Part shown: positions 28,690-42,500 of the stretch, piece after piece | Position numbering within the stretch: the first letter of the stretch is position 1 | How the letters are laid out: every line of letters begins with the position of its first letter | Source of the DNA: the human T2T-CHM13v2.0 reference genome, Homo sapiens | DNA: 64,000 nucleotides | Direction: 5' to 3' (one strand) | Assembly: GCF_009914755.1 (NCBI RefSeq) | Contig: NC_060932.1 | The notes under the pieces: generated by a model | Seen by the model: only the letters and a program-made list of their open reading frames with translations | Databases searched by the model: none | What the model was told of the DNA's origin: nothing | Made by a program: the position numbers and the translations under genes

Positions 28690-29240
28690 TCTCAGTCTGG
28701 AGACCACTACAGTTCCCAGTTTGTCTTCCTTCTCCTACTTGCCCTACCTCAAGTCTATTTGTCACACAGCATCCAGAGGGATCTTTTTGAACACATAAAT
28801 CAGATCATGCCATCTCCTTTGCAACATGCTAATGGCTTCCCTTTGCAATTAGAATGAATTCCAAAGCCCTCAGCCTGGTCTGAAAAGACCCACGTGATCA
28901 GAACCCTGTTCACTTCTTGTTTATTATGCTCCAACTACACAGTCTTCTTTCTGCCACATTGACTAGCCAAATTCATTCCAATCTTGGAAGATTTGCACTT
29001 GCAGTTTCCTCTGCTTGGCATGCCCACCCCTTCCTAGATGCATGGCTGATTTCTTCTCATCATCTTAGAGAGTCCCTTTCTGGCCACCTTCTTTATAGTA
29101 ATACCTTCCTCACCCTCCATCACATCACCTTATTTAATTTTCTTTACAGAATTATCACTATTGAAAACTATCATATCTATTCACTCATTTGCTGTCTTTC
29201 TGCCCCTCCTAGAATGTCAGCTGCACAGAGGCAGGAAGGC
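28690..29240 (+). mobile_element. L2 LINE 3' relic
   Basis: cacacagcatccagagggatctttttgaacacataaatcagatcatg...tttgcacttgcagtttcctctgcttgg. Confidence 0.7.
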
Positions 29241-30107
29241 TCATCTGGAGTCCTCTAAGCCTCCAGACCCCCTGGGGGCCTAGGACACTGCAGCGCTCAT
29301 AGCTGAGTTAGATGACATTCTGGGCAATGGACAGTGAGCTGTCTTTCAGGCTTGAGTCATGGTCACAGAAAGGGTAACAGGGCCGACATGAATATCAAGT
29401 TAGAGGTCAGTGATGACAGTCTAAATCTAGAGCAGCATCTGAATATAGGAGAAGGAAGGAGTCCAATATCAGAAGTCCAGGCTAAATGCCGATCTAAAGA
29501 TCAGGGCAGTTTAGAGCACAAATGCCAATCCCTCCTCTTCTTTCCCCATCACCTTGACCCCATTGCTGCTTTATTTCAACTCTCTCCACTGATGTATTAA
29601 ACTAGGTCTGAAGCGGGCAACCAAGAGAATTGCATAGCAAACTATGATAAATTGACCACTTTCTTGCCATGCGACTATGGAATTCGCTGCTTAGCAATAG
29701 TTGAAGTGTTCCATTAAAATGACAAAAGACATTTCCTTCTTAGCCTAAACACATTCCAAAAGCACATCTTTGGGGAAAAAAAAAGAAAATTTTTAAATAA
29801 GAAGAAGGAAAAGGAGTAAAGCGTATGTGAAACATGCCCCTCAAGGAACAATTTCAAAGAATAAATTTTCCAAAATATACCTAAGAGTAAGAGAGACATA
29901 AAACCTGAAATTGAGGATTTACGGGCTACAAAATTTTAGTTCTTTTTTTTAAAAAAGTAAACATTTAAAAATGAAAATTATTAGTTTCCAAGAGAAAGTG
30001 AGCTGGAAAATTTCACCCAGCTCCCTTTAATATTTTCAAGAGTGCCTCTGATCCTTTAAATTAATATTAATGCTAAAAGTCAGAGATTGAGGTAGAAAGA
30101 AAATCTC

Positions 30108-30352
30108 TTTTTTTTAGAGACAGAGTCTCACTCTGTCACCCAGGCTGGAATGCAGTGGCATGACCACAGTCACTGCAGCCTCTTGGGCTCCGGTGAGGTG
30201 TGCCCAGCAATTGTTTGTATTTTTTTTTTTTTTGTAAAGACAGGGCTCTGCCATGTTGCCCAGGCTGGTCTCAAACTCCTGGGTTCAAGCAATCTGCCCA
30301 CCTCAGCCTCCTAACGTGCTGGGATAACAGGTGTGAGCCAGCGTGCCTGGCC
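30108..30352 (-). mobile_element. AluJ-type SINE with internal deletion
   Basis: Reverse Alu with a shortened right arm. TSD aaaatctcttt. Confidence 0.85.
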
Positions 30353-30559
30353 AAAAATCTCTTTCAACGACTCATTAACTTTGAAATAGGCCCTGTTTTT
30401 AGGGTTATGTTTCCTTTTGCTTTATTTTTTTTTCCAAAGAAAAATTTGTAACATAAAATATGATGCCTTGGCAATTAATTCTAACAGAAGAATTAAGGTT
30501 GATACATGCAGAGGGAATGAGAGAGTTAGAAAATCAGCATTTTGCAAAATGATTGAAGT

Positions 30560-31100
30560 AATTTACTTGGTTAATAATGGACAATGTGACCAAGTATTAC
30601 CCTACAGGTTATCTGTTAATTTCCTAGGGAAAAATGAACTATCGAGATGCAGTGATATGGAGGTTATAACCCTAACCAAGTTAAAGAACAGCATAACTAA
30701 GGGAGTGGCAATCTGGCATATGTGTCTCCTGAAGAGATCCAATAGGAAGTGACCAGTAATTCCACAGAACACCTCTGCCACAATATTCCATTCAACCTAA
30801 ACCAGTCTTTAGACTCAACTTCCAGTTTACAGAAACCATAGGGGATTGAAGGGTAAACTAAAGGTCATAATAAAGAAATATTCAGACAAATGCAGAACGT
30901 GAAATGATTGACAAAACAGCCCAGTTTCTTAAGAATGTCAATATCAGGGAAAAAAAGTAGAAGACTGCTCCAAATTTAAATGGACTATTAAATCTTGAAA
31001 AACAAAACTCCTATAAAAGTTTTAGTGGAAAAATGAGAAAATATGAATGTAGAAATTAGATAATCTTATGGAATTATTGTTCATCTTAGTTGTGATGTAA
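30560..31100 (+). mobile_element. Old L1M 3' UTR relic followed by an AT-rich tract (31100-31250)
   Basis: ccagtttacagaaa...ttcagacaaatgcagaacgtgaaatg...gaatgtagaaattagataat resemble an L1ME/L1MC 3' end. Confidence 0.5.
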
Positions 31101-31969
31101 TATATAATTAATATTATATAACTATTACATAATATTCTCTATTTATTTATATATAAATATATTTTATTTATAATGGTAATACCCTCATTATATATGTATA
31201 TATTATAACATAATAATATAACCCTATATTATATTTATAATATAATAACCACTTCATTTGGTTACAGAATTTAATAGAGATAAGACTTATATTACAGACA
31301 GAGAACTGTGGGTAGAAATAACTCTCCCAATACAGCTAATGCTCAGTAGAGTCAGAATGCAACCCAGAGAGTCTATCTCCGGAGTCTGGGTTGTTTCCCA
31401 CAGGCTTATCGAGTAGCTGTAAATAAGCAGCTTCCCTCTGGTTAGTGACACCCTCTAGTCACTAACAACTGCTACCAAAATGGCTTCTTTCAAGTCGCCA
31501 TGAGGTGCTCTGCTTGTTGCAGCTGATGGCATCCAACTCTCTCTCCCTGCCCCTGCCCCCTAAATTAGCATCACGAGTAAGGAAGGAGTCCAAATTTCTT
31601 ATGCTTCTCAGAGTACGGAAAAGAAAAACAAACAAACAAAAAAACCCAAAAAAACATTCACTCAGTGTTCTTAGTTGGGTCAGACATCTTTGCAGTAGAC
31701 TGCTTCTGTTCAAAGTCCTCTTCTGACCCATCAGCTATTTGTGGGTACCTATTACAATCAACACACAAGCCTCAGCATATTGCCCTCAGGCTTGGTGACA
31801 TTGGGCTGAAACCTGCAGAGATTAAGGGACTAAAACTTAGTCAATGTAATTATTTCACAAGTATTTATTGAGAGCCTATGCACCAGTCCTGTTCTAAATC
31901 CTGTCGATAGAGCAGTGAACAAGAACAAGACAGAAACATCCCTGCTTCTTAGGAATTTATATCCTAGTG

Positions 31970-32192
31970 CAGGAGTTGGTCAGATTTTTCTGTAAAGGCC
32001 CAGACAGTAAACATCTTAGGCTTGGTGGGCCAAATGGTCTCTTGTGTAACAATTTAGCTCCACCATTTTAGTGAAATAGCAGCCATAGACAACATATAAA
32101 TGAATGAGTGCAGCTGTGTCCAATAAAACTTTATCTACAAAACAAGATGGCTGGTCAAATTTGACCTGTGGGCCATAGGCTGCTGAGCCCTA
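31970..32192. mobile_element. MER58A hAT-Charlie MITE with perfect 8-bp TSD, inserted in an L2 tail
   Basis: cagg...ctgtaaaggcccagacagtaaacat...caataaaactttat...gccct, with TSD tcctagtg at 31962-31969 and 32193-32200. Confidence 0.88.
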
Positions 32193-32339
32193 TCCTAGTG
32201 GCTTATCAAACAATTTTCCTAAACCTTGTAAGAAAACTAATTACAGGATATTTTCCTTAGATGACCCACTAAAGAGTTTGTTTCATCATTTCAGTTAAAA
32301 GATTCATGCTCATTGAACAAACTGTTCCTGAACTGCCTA

Positions 32340-32341
<2 letters not shown>

Positions 32342-32391
<50 letters not shown>

Positions 32392-32695
32392 GTGTATATA
32401 TATATATATTTAAAGATAGGGTCTTGCTCTGTCAACCATGCTGGAGTGCAGTGGTGTGATCACAGCTCATTGTAACCTTGAACTTCCTAGGTTCAAGGGA
32501 TCCTCCAGCCTTAGCTCCGTGAGTAACTAGGCTACAGGCACGCATTACCATGCCTGGCTTTTTTTTTTTTTTTGTAGAGATAGGATCTTGCTATTTTGCC
32601 CAGGCTGGTGTCAAACTCCTGGGCTCAAGTCATTTTTCCACCTGGCTCTTCCCTAAAGTGCTGAGATTTTAGGTGCGGGCCACTCTACCTGGCTT
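32342..32695 (-). mobile_element. AluJ-type SINE whose tail is replaced by (CA)24 and (TA)n microsatellites
   Basis: (AC)n at 32342-32389, reverse Alu body from ~32411, degenerate TSD tgcct(a/t)ata. Confidence 0.85.
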
Positions 32696-32734
32696 GCCTT
32701 ATATTTCTAATGAGTGCTATTGAGGTCCAAACGG

Positions 32735-33175
32735 CAGATGTAATCATTTGTGATGTCTGAAAAGATGATTAAATGGGATTAAACATGCAGGAAATATATT
32801 AGGGGAAATGCCCACGAGGAAAAATTGGGAGGAAGCCAGAGGAGGTTTGGAGAGGCTTCAGACCGGGATGGTCTAATTACAGGAAAGAGGAGAGGGAAGG
32901 AAGAAGAGTTGGGTGGAAGTCTTATCCCTCAAGGCAGCCGTGCAACAGTTCCAGCAAGGCTGATGAAGAGCCCCTAGCCAAAGTCATGTGTCAGTGGACT
33001 TCTACAGCTCCCAGGAGCAGGCCTACATATCCCTGCCACAATGAGTGGAAGTGACTGCTGGAAATTGTGGTCTCTGGACCAACACAGCAATGGATTTCAG
33101 AGCACAGCCATTGGTGAGCACTGGTCAATTATACTTCCGCAAGTAGGAGATTGGAAAGGTACATCTTTAAGGCCA
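32735..33175. mobile_element. Old ERVL-type LTR relic (subfamily uncertain)
   Basis: ggggaaatgcc...ggcttcagacc...gagagggaaggaag...agccaaagt resembles LTR41-like ERVL LTRs. Confidence 0.45.
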
Positions 33176-33338
33176 TGAGGAAGGGCTCCACAGATCATTA
33201 ATTTGACTGAAAGTTAAGAAAGAAATGACTTAGAAGCATTTTGCCACATTAACTCAAACTCATGAAGGTAAAGACTGCTTTATTTGTTGCATTCTAATAG
33301 GACCTATTAAAACATCTTACATCAAGGAAGTACCCAAA

Positions 33339-33632
33339 GGCAGGAGTGGTTGCTCATGTCTGTAATCCAAGCACTTTGGGAGGCCAAGGCAGGTGAATTG
33401 CTTCAACCTAGGAGGTCGAGACCAGCCTGGGCAACATAGCAAGACCTGGTCTCTACAAAAAATAAGGAAGTTAGCTGAGCATGGTGGCACACACCTGTAG
33501 TCCCAGCTGCTCATGAGGCTGGAGTGGGAGGATCACCTGAGACCAGAAGGTTGAGGCTGCAGTGAGCCCTGATCAGCCACTGCACTCCAGCCTGGGTGAC
33601 AGAGTGAGACCCTATCTCAAAACATAATAATA
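33339..33632 (+). mobile_element. AluJ-type SINE
   Basis: cagcctgggcaacatagcaagacc, ggttgaggctgcagtgagc. Confidence 0.85.
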
Positions 33633-36499
33633 AAAGATAAGGAAATAAACATAGGATGGTATATCATCTACCTTATAGAATTCATTATTATTATTAAATA
33701 GCCAATATATGTAAAATTACTTAGAACTGAGGCAAGCATGGATTATTAGAGGCAAATTTTAAGGCAATTTGTTTGTCTGTTAGTTTCCCCAAAAACCAAA
33801 TTTGCCTGAGAAAGAAGTGAGAAATAGAATGACACTATAGGAAGTGACATGAATAATTCCTCCTACAAACCCCTTCATATTGTACTCTTGGAAAGAGGAA
33901 CTTGAAGGCCAAGAGATATTGGTACAAACTGATAACAGAGTGAGAAAAACACTGCAAGCCAGACTAAGGGGGAAGGAAAAGGCATGGTGGTGGTTTCTGA
34001 TTCTTGCCACCATGGCCAGCAGAGTTATTCAGATGTGGTCATTACTGGTATCTTTCCTGATCATGACACTTTTTTGAGCACAAGAGGATCTTAAAATGCC
34101 ATTGGCATGAACCTGTGGCTTTCTGCATTTTGTTAAGTCATAAATCTAGAAGGTCAGCAGAAGATTAGAAAGCAATAAGTTAATTATTTCATAACATCAT
34201 CATGTGAAAGCTAGTGCATTAAAATATATTGGAAAGACATTGTCATGAGTTCCTGAAATAAACTGAGGACCTGAAGTCAGTTTTAGGAAAAGCAACACTT
34301 ACCACTGTGAAGCCAAGTTAGATGAATATAGGAGGAAAACCATGAGAGCATGCCTGGATAGCACAGAAGGATCTACTGGTTTTATAAATGCTTATTATAA
34401 ATGAATAGAGTGTATGGAGGTTAAGGAATAATTCAGGATTACTTTTGTAAACTTGGCTCTGAATCAGGATTTGAGTTCACTTGAGTGATTATGTCTAAGC
34501 AGAACATGTCCTGTTGCAATAGTTCAAATAAGTAGCACGAGGGTATACATTTACATATAACAGGTTCGAAGCATCACAGCTACAAATAGCATAAGCAATT
34601 GGAAGACATGAAAATGAAAGTGAAAAAAACACATAGGCGTCACTTCTTAAGGTAGGGCATAATTTGAGCCATTGTCATCCTTTTCTACTTCCCTCTCATT
34701 GCTACTTGTGATGGATTTGTGATTTTTGAAATGTTTTCTGGGTTTCAGCTATCTTAAAATTGTTCTCACTGTATCTAATAAACTTTCATTGGTCTTTGAT
34801 AGTAAGTTTTGGCTGCTTCGTATAAGGAGTAGTTATTCTTTTTCATTGAATTTTCTGTACCATTTTCAATAAAGTACACATCTTCTGGCCTTAAGGATGC
34901 AGAACAATTTATCTCTCAATACCTTACATAGCACGCATCTTAACAGTTTGGAGATTAACGTGCTAACAATGGGACATTTTTTTTTCCCACAACTCCAACT
35001 GCTAGGTAGACAGAGATTAAAAAACAACCCAAGACACAGTGTTTTAGGGGATAAAAAAATTAAACAAGACTCTGCCATGTGTTCCAGAAAAGTTATTGTA
35101 ATAGAAACTTATACAAATTTCAAATATGCAATTAAGTAGGATATATTGTGTATTTGTTTTTGAACATGTGAGAGTATTTTGTAGGAGAGGGTGAGCATTC
35201 TGTTCTAATAAAATAAAATAAATAATACAGTCACATTATTTATACCACAAGAAACCAATGTGCATATATTATCAAACTTACTGTGACAATGAATGATTAG
35301 ATAAAGTCTTGTAATTTTCAGGGACAATATGTAGTTCCGTCCATCTCCCATGTTCATCTGATGTTGATGGGCAGCAAAAAGTATTTTCCAAAGCTAATGT
35401 GAATCACTGCCCCAATGTAATCAATACTTAAGTTCTTATTCAATTAGTTAATTATTAGTGTTACTAATCAAGGGAGATAGAAAAGAAATGAGTACCCCAG
35501 AGTTTGAATCCCAGATTTTATAAACTAGCTGCATGAATGTGAGAAATCACTCAAGCTAGTGATTTCTAGCTAAAAGATCTATCTATCTGCTCTAAGTGAT
35601 TTTCATAAAAACCATGTGTGCACGGGAAGTTATGTTATATAGGTTTTATCTGTATCAGTCATCATTGCTATTTTTCTTTAAATACCAATCTACCTGTGAT
35701 GCCAGTATCGCAAATGAAAGAAAATAGAAATCATGTTGCACCTTATTTTTGAACATATATATTTCAGCTTTCATGTCAGAAATCAACTACATTGGGATAG
35801 AATCATCCCTTGGGTTTCAGAATGGTAACTGGAATAATGATTTTCATGGCTAAAAGGGAACCAAGAGACAATTAAAAATGACAGTCATCAAAATGATAGT
35901 CATCAAAAATGATATTTGCTATTTGCCAGTAAACTATGATGGGGTGTTTGTGACAATGGTGATCAAAGGATATCCCTAGTTTTTACTCGTTGGTACTCAA
36001 ATAAGTACATCATTGGCCCTAATAGGTAGATATATGTATATACACACATATTCCTCATAACTTCATTTGAGATTGTCCTTTCTATCTGCTGAATGCACAA
36101 ACCGTCTGCAGGTGCCCTTATGGCTGCAGCATTACCAGAGACAAAACAAAACAGGTCAAAAATGCACAACAAAGACACCAATCTGACTCAAATGGTTACT
36201 TTGTTTGACACATATCATATCACAGTTGGTAGCTGCAGTGCTTATTTGAATTTAAACATTGATGAGGTCCTTTGCTAGCTCTGTTTTGGCAAACATATGC
36301 AAAGCTAAATATACCAACCCTCATTAGATCAAAAAAAACACGCATAGCATGTCAGGCAGTCATTGTTGTTATTACCAATAAACAAAAATGTATGTTTCCC
36401 TAATCACAGTGCTGAAATGTGCTCTGTGTTTATGGAGAAAGCTAAAGAAAAAAAAAATTTTTCCTTGTTGAGTCTGTGGACTCTGGCCCTGGGGTGTAC

Positions 36500-36655
36500 C
36501 TGGGTCTCAACATCTGTCAGCTTTCTGGTCTGCTCTGCAGTCTGAGAGAGGAGGCTGGTTCCTATCTCCAGCATGGTAGCCGTGTGGTTCTGAACTGCAT
36601 TCTGCTGTATCTGGGCCATCTCCGACTTCATGTTTTCCACAATGTAATTCTCAAG
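36500..36655 (-). CDS. ANGPT1: Angiopoietin-1 coding exon 2 (LENYIVENMKSEMAQIQQNAVQNHTATMLEIGTSLLSQTAEQTRKLTDVETQ), phase 0-0, 156 nt
   Basis: Acceptor ttgcag|CTT at 36655 and donor CAG|gtacac at 36500. The peptide in ORF 36404..36739 is recognisable ANGPT1 coiled-coil and includes the NHT sequon. Confidence 0.97.
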
Positions 36656-36755
36656 CTGCAAGAGATAAAGAACAAAACATATTACATTATAAGCAAGGCC
36701 TCCCAGTTCGGGCATGTAATATTTACAATAACAAAACAAGACACCGCTGGCAAAT

Positions 36756-36769
36756 CAGCCATCTGGCGG
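36756..36769 (-). promoter_or_regulatory. Candidate CTCF binding motif CCGCCAGATGGCTG
   Basis: Close match to the CTCF core CCRSYAGRKGGCRS, about 100 bp upstream of the exon 2 acceptor. Motif only; there is no binding evidence. Confidence 0.55.
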
Positions 36770-38599
36770 GGATCCTCTACATCTCTGGGAGTTGGAGAAA
36801 TGGGAGCAGAGCACACAGGAATCCAGTTGTCAACAAATTCCTAATATACTGATACATATATTTATAATCATCACAATCATAATGACAATTTGCACTTGGA
36901 TCACACTTTCCCATTGTTGACATTATCCATTTAGCCTTTATAGCAAAGATGTATCACAGTCAGCTTTATTGTTTTGTTTATTTTATAGATGAAAAAATAG
37001 AATCAGAGAGGCCAGTGATAAACCCAAGGTTGACCAGCAAGAATGCAGCCAAATTCACATACTAATTTAAATCTAATTCTTGGTGCTCTGATTTTTCCGT
37101 TACACCATACTGACCACTTATCTCAGAAAAATTCAGCCTCCTGCTTCCATTTTTGTAACGATAAATAAAATATCACACTGCTTTGGGGAAATGGGATGAG
37201 GAGTGGGAGGAAGGATGATGTCCAAAACAAAAACCTTTAAAGGAATATTAAAATATAGGCAATGATATATGAAATGAGCTGCAAAGCCTGAGAGCTAGCT
37301 GTAATCATTCTCCATGCTCCTTTGCAAGCTCAAAAATAGGTACTGAAAGTACAACCCATATAGCAGTATTTACTCCTCTTGCTTTGGGTAATATTTAGTC
37401 CTTTATGGTGCCATCTTAGAGAACAGTATAGTGCTAAAATAAATGGTGCCATAGGGACCATGGAGAATCATTAAGTGACTTACTGCAAGGGGTCCTATTA
37501 GGTACCTGGGAAAATAAAGCTGAACATATGCATTGTTTGAAAAATACAAGGAAACCTGCACCTCCCTGTCAGTGCATTTAATTCCTCCACCACTGTGTGG
37601 TGACTACATTTTATTACTCTACTACACATATAGGGAAATTGCATCCCAGAGAAATCAGGTCCAAGGCCACACACCACAAAATCAGCCAGACTTGGACTTG
37701 AGCACTGAAGTCCTTAACTCTCATACCAACACTTTCAACCACTTGATAGCTATGACAAGTCGTGCTTCACAAGCCGGGTTCCAAATCATTAACAGCTATG
37801 TGATTTTTACTGATTTAGTGAACCATAATACATCCACTATTTCATAATCCATAGTAAAATTATTATCATGTAATAAATATAGTCTAAATGTAAATTCCCC
37901 TTTGTAAAGCTTTGGCAGCTCACTTGCTAACATCATCCCTTGCTTATTTCTATTTATCAAGAACAAATCTGTCCCATGCTAACAAAAATGGTTTTCAATC
38001 AAACTCTTATTATTATTAATACATTCTAAATTCATTCTTGGCCAATATAAGATAATTCCCCTTCATTCATTTTTCCCCCAAATTAGACATAGGAGGGAAA
38101 AAAATTCAACCTATAAAAGTTTATTATAAAACAAATACAAAATATATTATAATAAATCTCTGAAAATTATCAAAATGTAAGGCCTGTAGGCCAAATCTTG
38201 ACTTTATTCCAATTGAACTAACATATTTAAACAACAAGAGGCAGGTAGAGAAAAAGAGGGTAGGACAGAGTAATAAAAATTTGTCATTTTGGATTCCACA
38301 TCCTATGTTCCCTTTTTCCTAATAGCATTCTTTAACTTTCTTTTGGGAAGTTATCGTTTTGCCCTTCGGAACAAATGCTTCAGGTAGAGTTGTCCCAGCC
38401 TAGCATCACAAATGAGTACAGGTTCTAACTTGTCAAGCCAGAATGTTCTGCTCCTGCTTCATAGGTGTGAATTGTTCAAGAATGGAAAGACATCACAAGC
38501 AAGGCCATTAGCCTCAGTTCTCAAATTTTATCAAACTCATTTATAAAATAACTTTGTTTTCCTCTGTGGTTAATAAGCTGGTGACATATGCCCAATACA

Positions 38600-38680
38600 G
38601 TTGATGCCCGATTTTGCCACCACAAAACCAGAGTCAGCCCAAAAATGAAGCTGACTCAGACAGATGTTAGATAAGGAGAT

Positions 38681-38733
<53 letters not shown>

Positions 38734-38945
38734 CTATGTACATACATAGACACTTGGATGCATAGATAGACACAGAGTCAGGTGATTCCTTTTGAGCACC
38801 TGGACCTAGCTATATTTTTAGCTAGTTCCACCCTTGGACATTCAGTTGTAAGTTGCATGATCTAACAGTCTCCCATTGAGCAGCCAACCTTTTTTCCCCT
38901 TCAATCACATTGATTTAGATTTTTAACACTTACAACCAAGATTTT
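38600..38945 (+). mobile_element. MLT1J/K-like MaLR LTR fragment
   Basis: ttttgccaccac...tttgagcacctggacctagct...cacttacaacc 3' terminus. Confidence 0.55.
38681..38732. repeat. Perfect (TAGA)13 tetranucleotide STR
   Basis: Counted directly. Confidence 0.95.
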
Positions 38946-39354
38946 GGATTGTTACTTTTGATCAATGTTTAGCAGAAGAAATTTCAGGGAGGAAAACGTT
39001 AAGAGAATATTCCTTACTTTTCCAGGGAATTTGAGGTTATACATGAGTGTAAGTTTCTTAAAAAATTACAGATAAGTCTCCATTATAAAGATAATAGCTA
39101 TCATTTATAGCTGACAGTTATCATTGCCTACTATGCAACAGGCACAGAGCTACGTGTTTTCCTTTTATAATCACACTTAAACTTCACAATTATATATGTT
39201 ATAGCTGCTTTATAGATGAGACTATTGAGGCTCAGAAACCCCCAAACAACTTGCTCAAGAACAAACAAGGATTCAACCCACAGCTCCAAAACCCATGTTG
39301 TTAACCTCTAACCTATTTAGCCTAGCACTGATTTGTTATGCTATGCATTTTATT

Positions 39355-39510
39355 ATATAGCTCTTAAAGCTTGAGTGTTCATCAAAACTACATGGGGAGA
39401 ATTTTAAAATGCAGATGGAGGTAAAACACACCAGAAATCTTTAAGGGCATGTACTGGGAAACTGTATATTTTATAAAGCTTCCCAGTGTAATTCTTATTC
39501 AGGTAAAGAA
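39355..39510. mobile_element. MER5-like hAT-Charlie relic
   Basis: aagcttgagtgttcatcaaaactacatggggag...ttaaaatgcagat...aagcttcccagtg. Confidence 0.5.
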
Positions 39511-42500
39511 TCAGTGCATCTCAAAGTGTGGTCCATAGAACAACTGCCTGTATGAGACCTGCTTGTGAACAGTCAGCCATGAAATGAGGAGTTTGCACCA
39601 GGATGTAAATTATCTAGGTCACTAAGCACACTGTTTAGTTCATTCACTTGATGTATATATATACAAACACACATGCAAAACTTTCTCATTGAAGAAAGTG
39701 ATGCTCTAGTTTATATTCTGGTGCAAACTTCTTACCATGTTTCCTAAATGACAGCAATGTCATTGAGTAATACTCATTTAAACCATCAAATTTACTTTGA
39801 AATATCAGATTCCCTGCTTATCAAGAAATCTGTCTTTCTATGCAAATTTTCCTCCTGAGAGAGTTCACTAATCAGTGAGCTCCAATACAAGATCTGCTTG
39901 ATAATTGTACATCAATTTCTTATGCAGTTGGTTAGCAGTAGTCTGTTCCCAGAGTTTGATTTGCTCCAGGTGTAATAACAATCATGTACCCTAGTCTTCA
40001 CAGGGAGGACACCCTCAGCATAGGTGGCTACATCAAGGTTCAGTGTCTTTGTATCAGCTGTTGACCATTCTGTACTATTGTGCTTTTTTTAATTATAAAA
40101 GTTAACACCAGCAAAGCAAAATAACTATTTCATGCTAGCATTCATCACAACCATAAAGTGCCTCTCAGTTCTGCTGACCCTGTTGTAGATATAAAGTAAG
40201 TCTCCAACCTACACTAAAATGCTCATTTAGGCTGCTATGATGAGTAGCATGAATATAGCTCTAGTTAATTATTTTTTAATCAAATGGGGCTGCTTTCTCC
40301 AGGAGTAACTGCCTTTTAATGCAAAATCTAATGCCACACTTAAGTAGCAAGAACCAGATGTAGTTGATTTAAAGGCTGGAGCAGGAGGCAGAAGTCAAAT
40401 ATACAATGTGTGATTAATAAGGAGGACTGCTTTCATCTTATCTCTAAACATTCCTCTGTAGATGTATAACTGTGAAATCCATCTTGATGTGCCATAGCAG
40501 CCAGGTTCAGAAAAGATTTGTAACAAATTTGATTGTCTTCATATATTCCCTACTGGTTTTAAAATATGTTTACAGAAAATGACAGCCACCTCAAGGTTCA
40601 ATATTTTATAAACATCTAAGATGTGAATTTTAAGCCTAGAAGTTGCTGACCACAAGAGCTAATGAGTTATAATGTAGGAGTCTCTCAACCTGAATAATAA
40701 AATTATTTGACTATACTGCCATGCCAGAGTTTTATAAGTTATTGACCAAAATGCTAGGAAGAGAATGTGATTTGAAATGAAATGACAAACAATAAATGAT
40801 TACTTTCAAGCAAAAAAAAGTTGCATTTGTTAAGTGATTTAATATTTGCATAGCTTTTGTACACATTGTCTGACTTCATCCTTATACCAAACTTGCAAGG
40901 AGAGAACTGATTCCATTTTATAGTTAGAAATCCGAGGCCTTCAGTGACTTCATAGAAATCAAAGAAAAGCCAGACATCAAAGAAAAATCTCAACTCTATC
41001 TTCTGATGTTCTACTAGCCTCAGAGTTGCGGGAAGTGTTCTGTTATTGGACTGGTTGGCTGGATGATTAGTTGACTGATAATTTCAATTTTAGTCAGCTA
41101 TTGCATATTCATTATTATAATATATTATAACATACACAATATATTATAATATTTATAATATTTATTCCTTTGAGAAAAACATGCATCACTAGAGGGGGAT
41201 TACTTTCACTTGGTTTCACTATAGTGGAGACCAAGTTAATTTGAGGTGGGATGAGAAGCCCTAGGGCCAGGTATGTGGAAAGTTTATTTGCCAGTACTTT
41301 TAATAGAATGGAATCATTAAAGTCCTCTCATTAGTTCTTACCTTTTTTTCTTAGTAACATAAGTTTATTTTGTCTGCTCATTCTATTTTCTTGCCAACCA
41401 TTGTAAAATACAACAAAGGGAATAACAATAATACACAAAGCCTCTACAAAGGCTAGATATGTACCAGCTTTTACAAATACGCAGTTCATTGAATCTTTAG
41501 AACAATCCAGGTACTGTAAGTATTATTTTCCTTATTTCACTGATGTCTAAACAGAGGCTCAGGGAAGTTAAGTAAACTGTCTAAGATCATACAGTGGGTT
41601 TTTGGCAGAGCTGGTATGTTGCTTTGAGGCTAGATTGACCAGTAGCTTGTGCTCCATTCTGAAGGAATGTCACTCATCAAACACAAGCATATTGTTACCA
41701 ATGTTAAAAACAAATTCTGATAACATACAATATTCATGCACAAAATATGTAAAAATGAAAGCTACAGAAATGATGAGGTGAAACTTGTTCAAAGATTGAC
41801 CATTTTTTAATTTATACATTTGCATATTGATTGATGGCTGTAATATCTTAGGAAATGTTACCCATGGTGAGAAGGCAAATATCCAGTCAACTGTATGAAA
41901 AGTCTTAGTATTAAGTAGGCAAAGAAAACATATTTTTAAGAAGGTAATATAATCAGCCATTTGTAGTTCTATCATAAATCACATGCCCCTGTCTTTTGCC
42001 CAATGACCAGGGGAGAACTGATGCTATCATTCTCCATCATGAGAGAGAATTTTGGGAGAGCTTTTACTAGACTCTCAAAACCCTTGCGGGCTTCAGTTTC
42101 ATGAGAACCAAAATCTGTGTGAGATTATGACATGTCTTGTATGTGAAATGCATTCTGTATCATTTCACTTGAAGAAACCACTTCAAGGGGTCTCTTAAAC
42201 CAGAGCATATCTTAAAGCACAAATAATACAATTTCTCCATGTAATTCTTAAGAAAGTAACATTTTAAACCCTATAAAAATTGACAAAGGCATTGTTCACT
42301 TAAAATATGGTGCAGATTAAATGGACCTTCATTGGATGTTGGTGCATATGGCATTACTCAGTTATGACAAAACAACCATGAAATAAAGCAAAAGGGTAAA
42401 TATGGGAAAGCAATAAAAAGGTAAAACAATGCAAAAAATGCCTTAAATGTTGATGGTTTTATCTAATCTCATTGTTCCATAAATCAATGGCAATATTTAA

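Noticed and set aside
36476-36844. 122-aa plus-strand ORF overlapping exon 2 (and similarly 25590-25835 over exon 3)
   Set aside because: These are antisense shadows of coding exons with non-ATG starts and no independent support.
38681-38732. (TAGA)13 as a named forensic or linkage marker
   Set aside because: A marker name cannot be assigned from sequence alone, so it is reported only as an STR.
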